Shown in pieces: positions 41,984 to 43,495 of a stretch of 43,495 nucleotides of DNA. Source of the DNA: a virus (taxonomy: Duplodnaviria > Caudoviricetes); the IMG/VR virus record IMGVR_UViG_3300011444_000006, positions 1 through 43,495 of that record, one strand, 5' to 3'. Numbering within the stretch: position 1 is the first letter of the stretch; each line of letters opens with the position of its first letter. Both the position numbers and the translations under genes were made by a program. The notes below the pieces were generated by a model. It ran no database searches, was not told where the DNA came from, and was given only the letters and a program-made list of their open reading frames with translations.

Positions 41984-42475
41984 CTAGATGTAGAAAATGT
42001 CCACGAGGTTCATGCCGACGAGGGAGAAAGTTGGCGTGGCTGTCCTGCCGCCGTTGGTGATGGTGAAATTGTTTAGGCGGAAGCCACGGCCGTCAATCTC
42101 GATCTTCCATATTCTTGTCGCAGCAACATCGGATACAGTCCAAGGACTAGCGGATGCGGCGAAAGACTCTGACGAACCAAATGCTACCGTACCAGCGCTC
42201 GGCTGATTCACGTTGTCAACCGTTCGGATTAGTGCACCAGCAGCCGTTTTAACCTCGAAATAGTATGGGTTTGCCCCCATCCATATCTGCGCCTCTCCGC
42301 GCGCGTCCAAAACGACAGGGTTCTGGTTCGGAGTCCCGCCGGCATAGTCGGTGAACGTGTCCAGCGGAACGGCGTGCGCGCCTGCCTGGAATGCGTAAAC
42401 CAATCCCCCTACCAGCGGATTTCCGTCTGCATCCACTTCGCGGAACGTGAGGCCGGTTAGTTGCGAGGCTGCCAT
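41984..42475 (-). CDS. Tailspike anchor (head-binding-domain-like) protein, 163 aa
   Basis: DADGNPLVGGLVY.FQAG...TFTD..G.TPNQNPVVLDARGEA.IW is a typical N-terminal anchor domain. It sits in the P22 gp9 position. Confidence 0.75.
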   Translation of the reverse strand: MAASQLTGLTFREVDADGNPLVGGLVYAFQAGAHAVPLDTFTDYAGGTPNQNPVVLDARGEAQIWMGANPYYFEVKTAAGALIRTVDNVNQPSAGTVAFGSSESFAASASPWTVSDVAATRIWKIEIDGRGFRLNNFTITNGGRTATPTFSLVGMNLVDIFYI

Positions 42476-42484
42476 GTTGAGTCC

Positions 42485-43495
42485 TTATTGCGCTGCATTT
42501 TGATTGTCTGAAACGGAGTTTGCTCCCTCTTTCGCAAGGACTGGCGCTATCGTCGCGGCATTGGGACCATAGTTAGGTGTTCCTATCCAATACTTTGCCA
42601 GCAATCTTGGCGCTTTCGTCGCCATCGTTTTCGCTACATCCAGAACGTGAAGCAATCCTGCCCCTTTTGCATTGGCCTGCGCAGGACTGGAATTGAGGAA
42701 GTCGCGTAGCGCCACTGCTGTTTGTGGGTCGTGCAAGGCGCGGTTCATTACTGCATCGAACTGAACCTGAGAAAGACGGGTAAGTACCGGGCCTGAAATC
42801 ATCGCTACCGCTGTACCTACGCCCTGCCTTCCCTGCATGACAGCGCGCGTCTGTGACCATATTGTAGGGATACTTACGCCTGTCGCTGCTTTCAGTGGGT
42901 CGTTACCTATGCCGGGGGCCATCTTTCCGCGCACGTTGGCAGCCTCGATCATCTGCACTGTCTTTGCAATGTCCTGTATGTCTGAGAAGTGCTTTTGCGC
43001 GACTTGCGAGCCTTCCGCTGCGGACATAGCCATCTTGATGGTGCGTTCATTCTTCACCAGATGATCTAGCATCTTGGCCCCTGATTCGGTATCACCGTTT
43101 TTAACAGGCTGCCATGCTTCCTCAAGAATAGAACGTGCGAGCGCGGCTTTCCCTGGTCTGTCCATTTCGCGTAGAGCCATGCCCATTTTCATTGGTGACG
43201 AAAGCACGGCTGCCTGCATGTCTCCAACGGTGTCGTATTTCAGTTGCGCAGCCTTTTGCGCAAGCGTTTTCTGCACTACTTGAAGTTCCTGCGCTGTTTG
43301 TCCGACATTAGCCAGACGCTCTCCTATTCCCATTCCAGCCTTGTCCATAATGGCGATTTGACGTGAGTGTTGCGCCATGAAGCGCGCGTGCGCAGCAGGG
43401 TCTATGTTTCCTGTCTGCGGATCGACAACGCTCTGCCGGTACAAGTCCTCTATCCCGCCTTTCGCCTGCTGTATTGCTTCAGGATTCTTGCCAAA
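42485..43495 (-). CDS. C-terminal part of the ~898-aa ejection protein that begins at 1809
   Basis: In frame with 1..1809 through the 123-bp overlap. Confidence 0.8.
   Translation of the reverse strand, partial: FGKNPEAIQQAKGGIEDLYRQSVVDPQTGNIDPAAHARFMAQHSRQIAIMDKAGMGIGERLANVGQTAQELQVVQKTLAQKAAQLKYDTVGDMQAAVLSSPMKMGMALREMDRPGKAALARSILEEAWQPVKNGDTESGAKMLDHLVKNERTIKMAMSAAEGSQVAQKHFSDIQDIAKTVQMIEAANVRGKMAPGIGNDPLKAATGVSIPTIWSQTRAVMQGRQGVGTAVAMISGPVLTRLSQVQFDAVMNRALHDPQTAVALRDFLNSSPAQANAKGAGLLHVLDVAKTMATKAPRLLAKYWIGTPNYGPNAATIAPVLAKEGANSVSDNQNAAQ
43373..43495. repeat. Terminal direct repeat, right copy
   Basis: Identical to 1-123. Confidence 0.97.

Overview
The window is an apparently complete dsDNA phage genome assembled as a circle. 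Bases 1-123 are identical to 43373-43495, so the unique length is 43,372 bp, and the junction falls inside a gene. The virion module is P22-like (podovirus) and lies on the minus strand: terS, terL, portal, scaffold, gp5-type coat, gp4- and gp10-like head-tail proteins, three ejection proteins, tail-fibre candidates and a lysis region. A divergent sigma70 promoter pair near 26.75 kb separates two arms. The leftward arm carries two HTH genes, a DNA methyltransferase, a replication initiator with iterons, a helicase loader, RusA and a GapR-like gene. The rightward arm carries small early genes, including a YqaJ exonuclease with partner, MazG-like and KTSC. I recognise no integrase, CI repressor, Q antiterminator, tRNA, CRISPR array or reverse transcriptase. 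The host is probably a Gram-negative proteobacterium (inference). The most notable items are: an RcGTA-like head-spike base plus fibre pair between portal and scaffold; a glycosyltransferase plus methyltransferase pair in the head operon; a collagen-like protein in the tail-needle slot; a post-coat gene split by an in-frame TAA; two coupled PTKPPKR micropeptides; a signal-peptide-bearing tail protein; five HNH genes; and about 750 bp of promoter-bearing, highly structured non-coding DNA at 36.15-36.93 kb. All family calls come from motif recognition and synteny, not from database searches.
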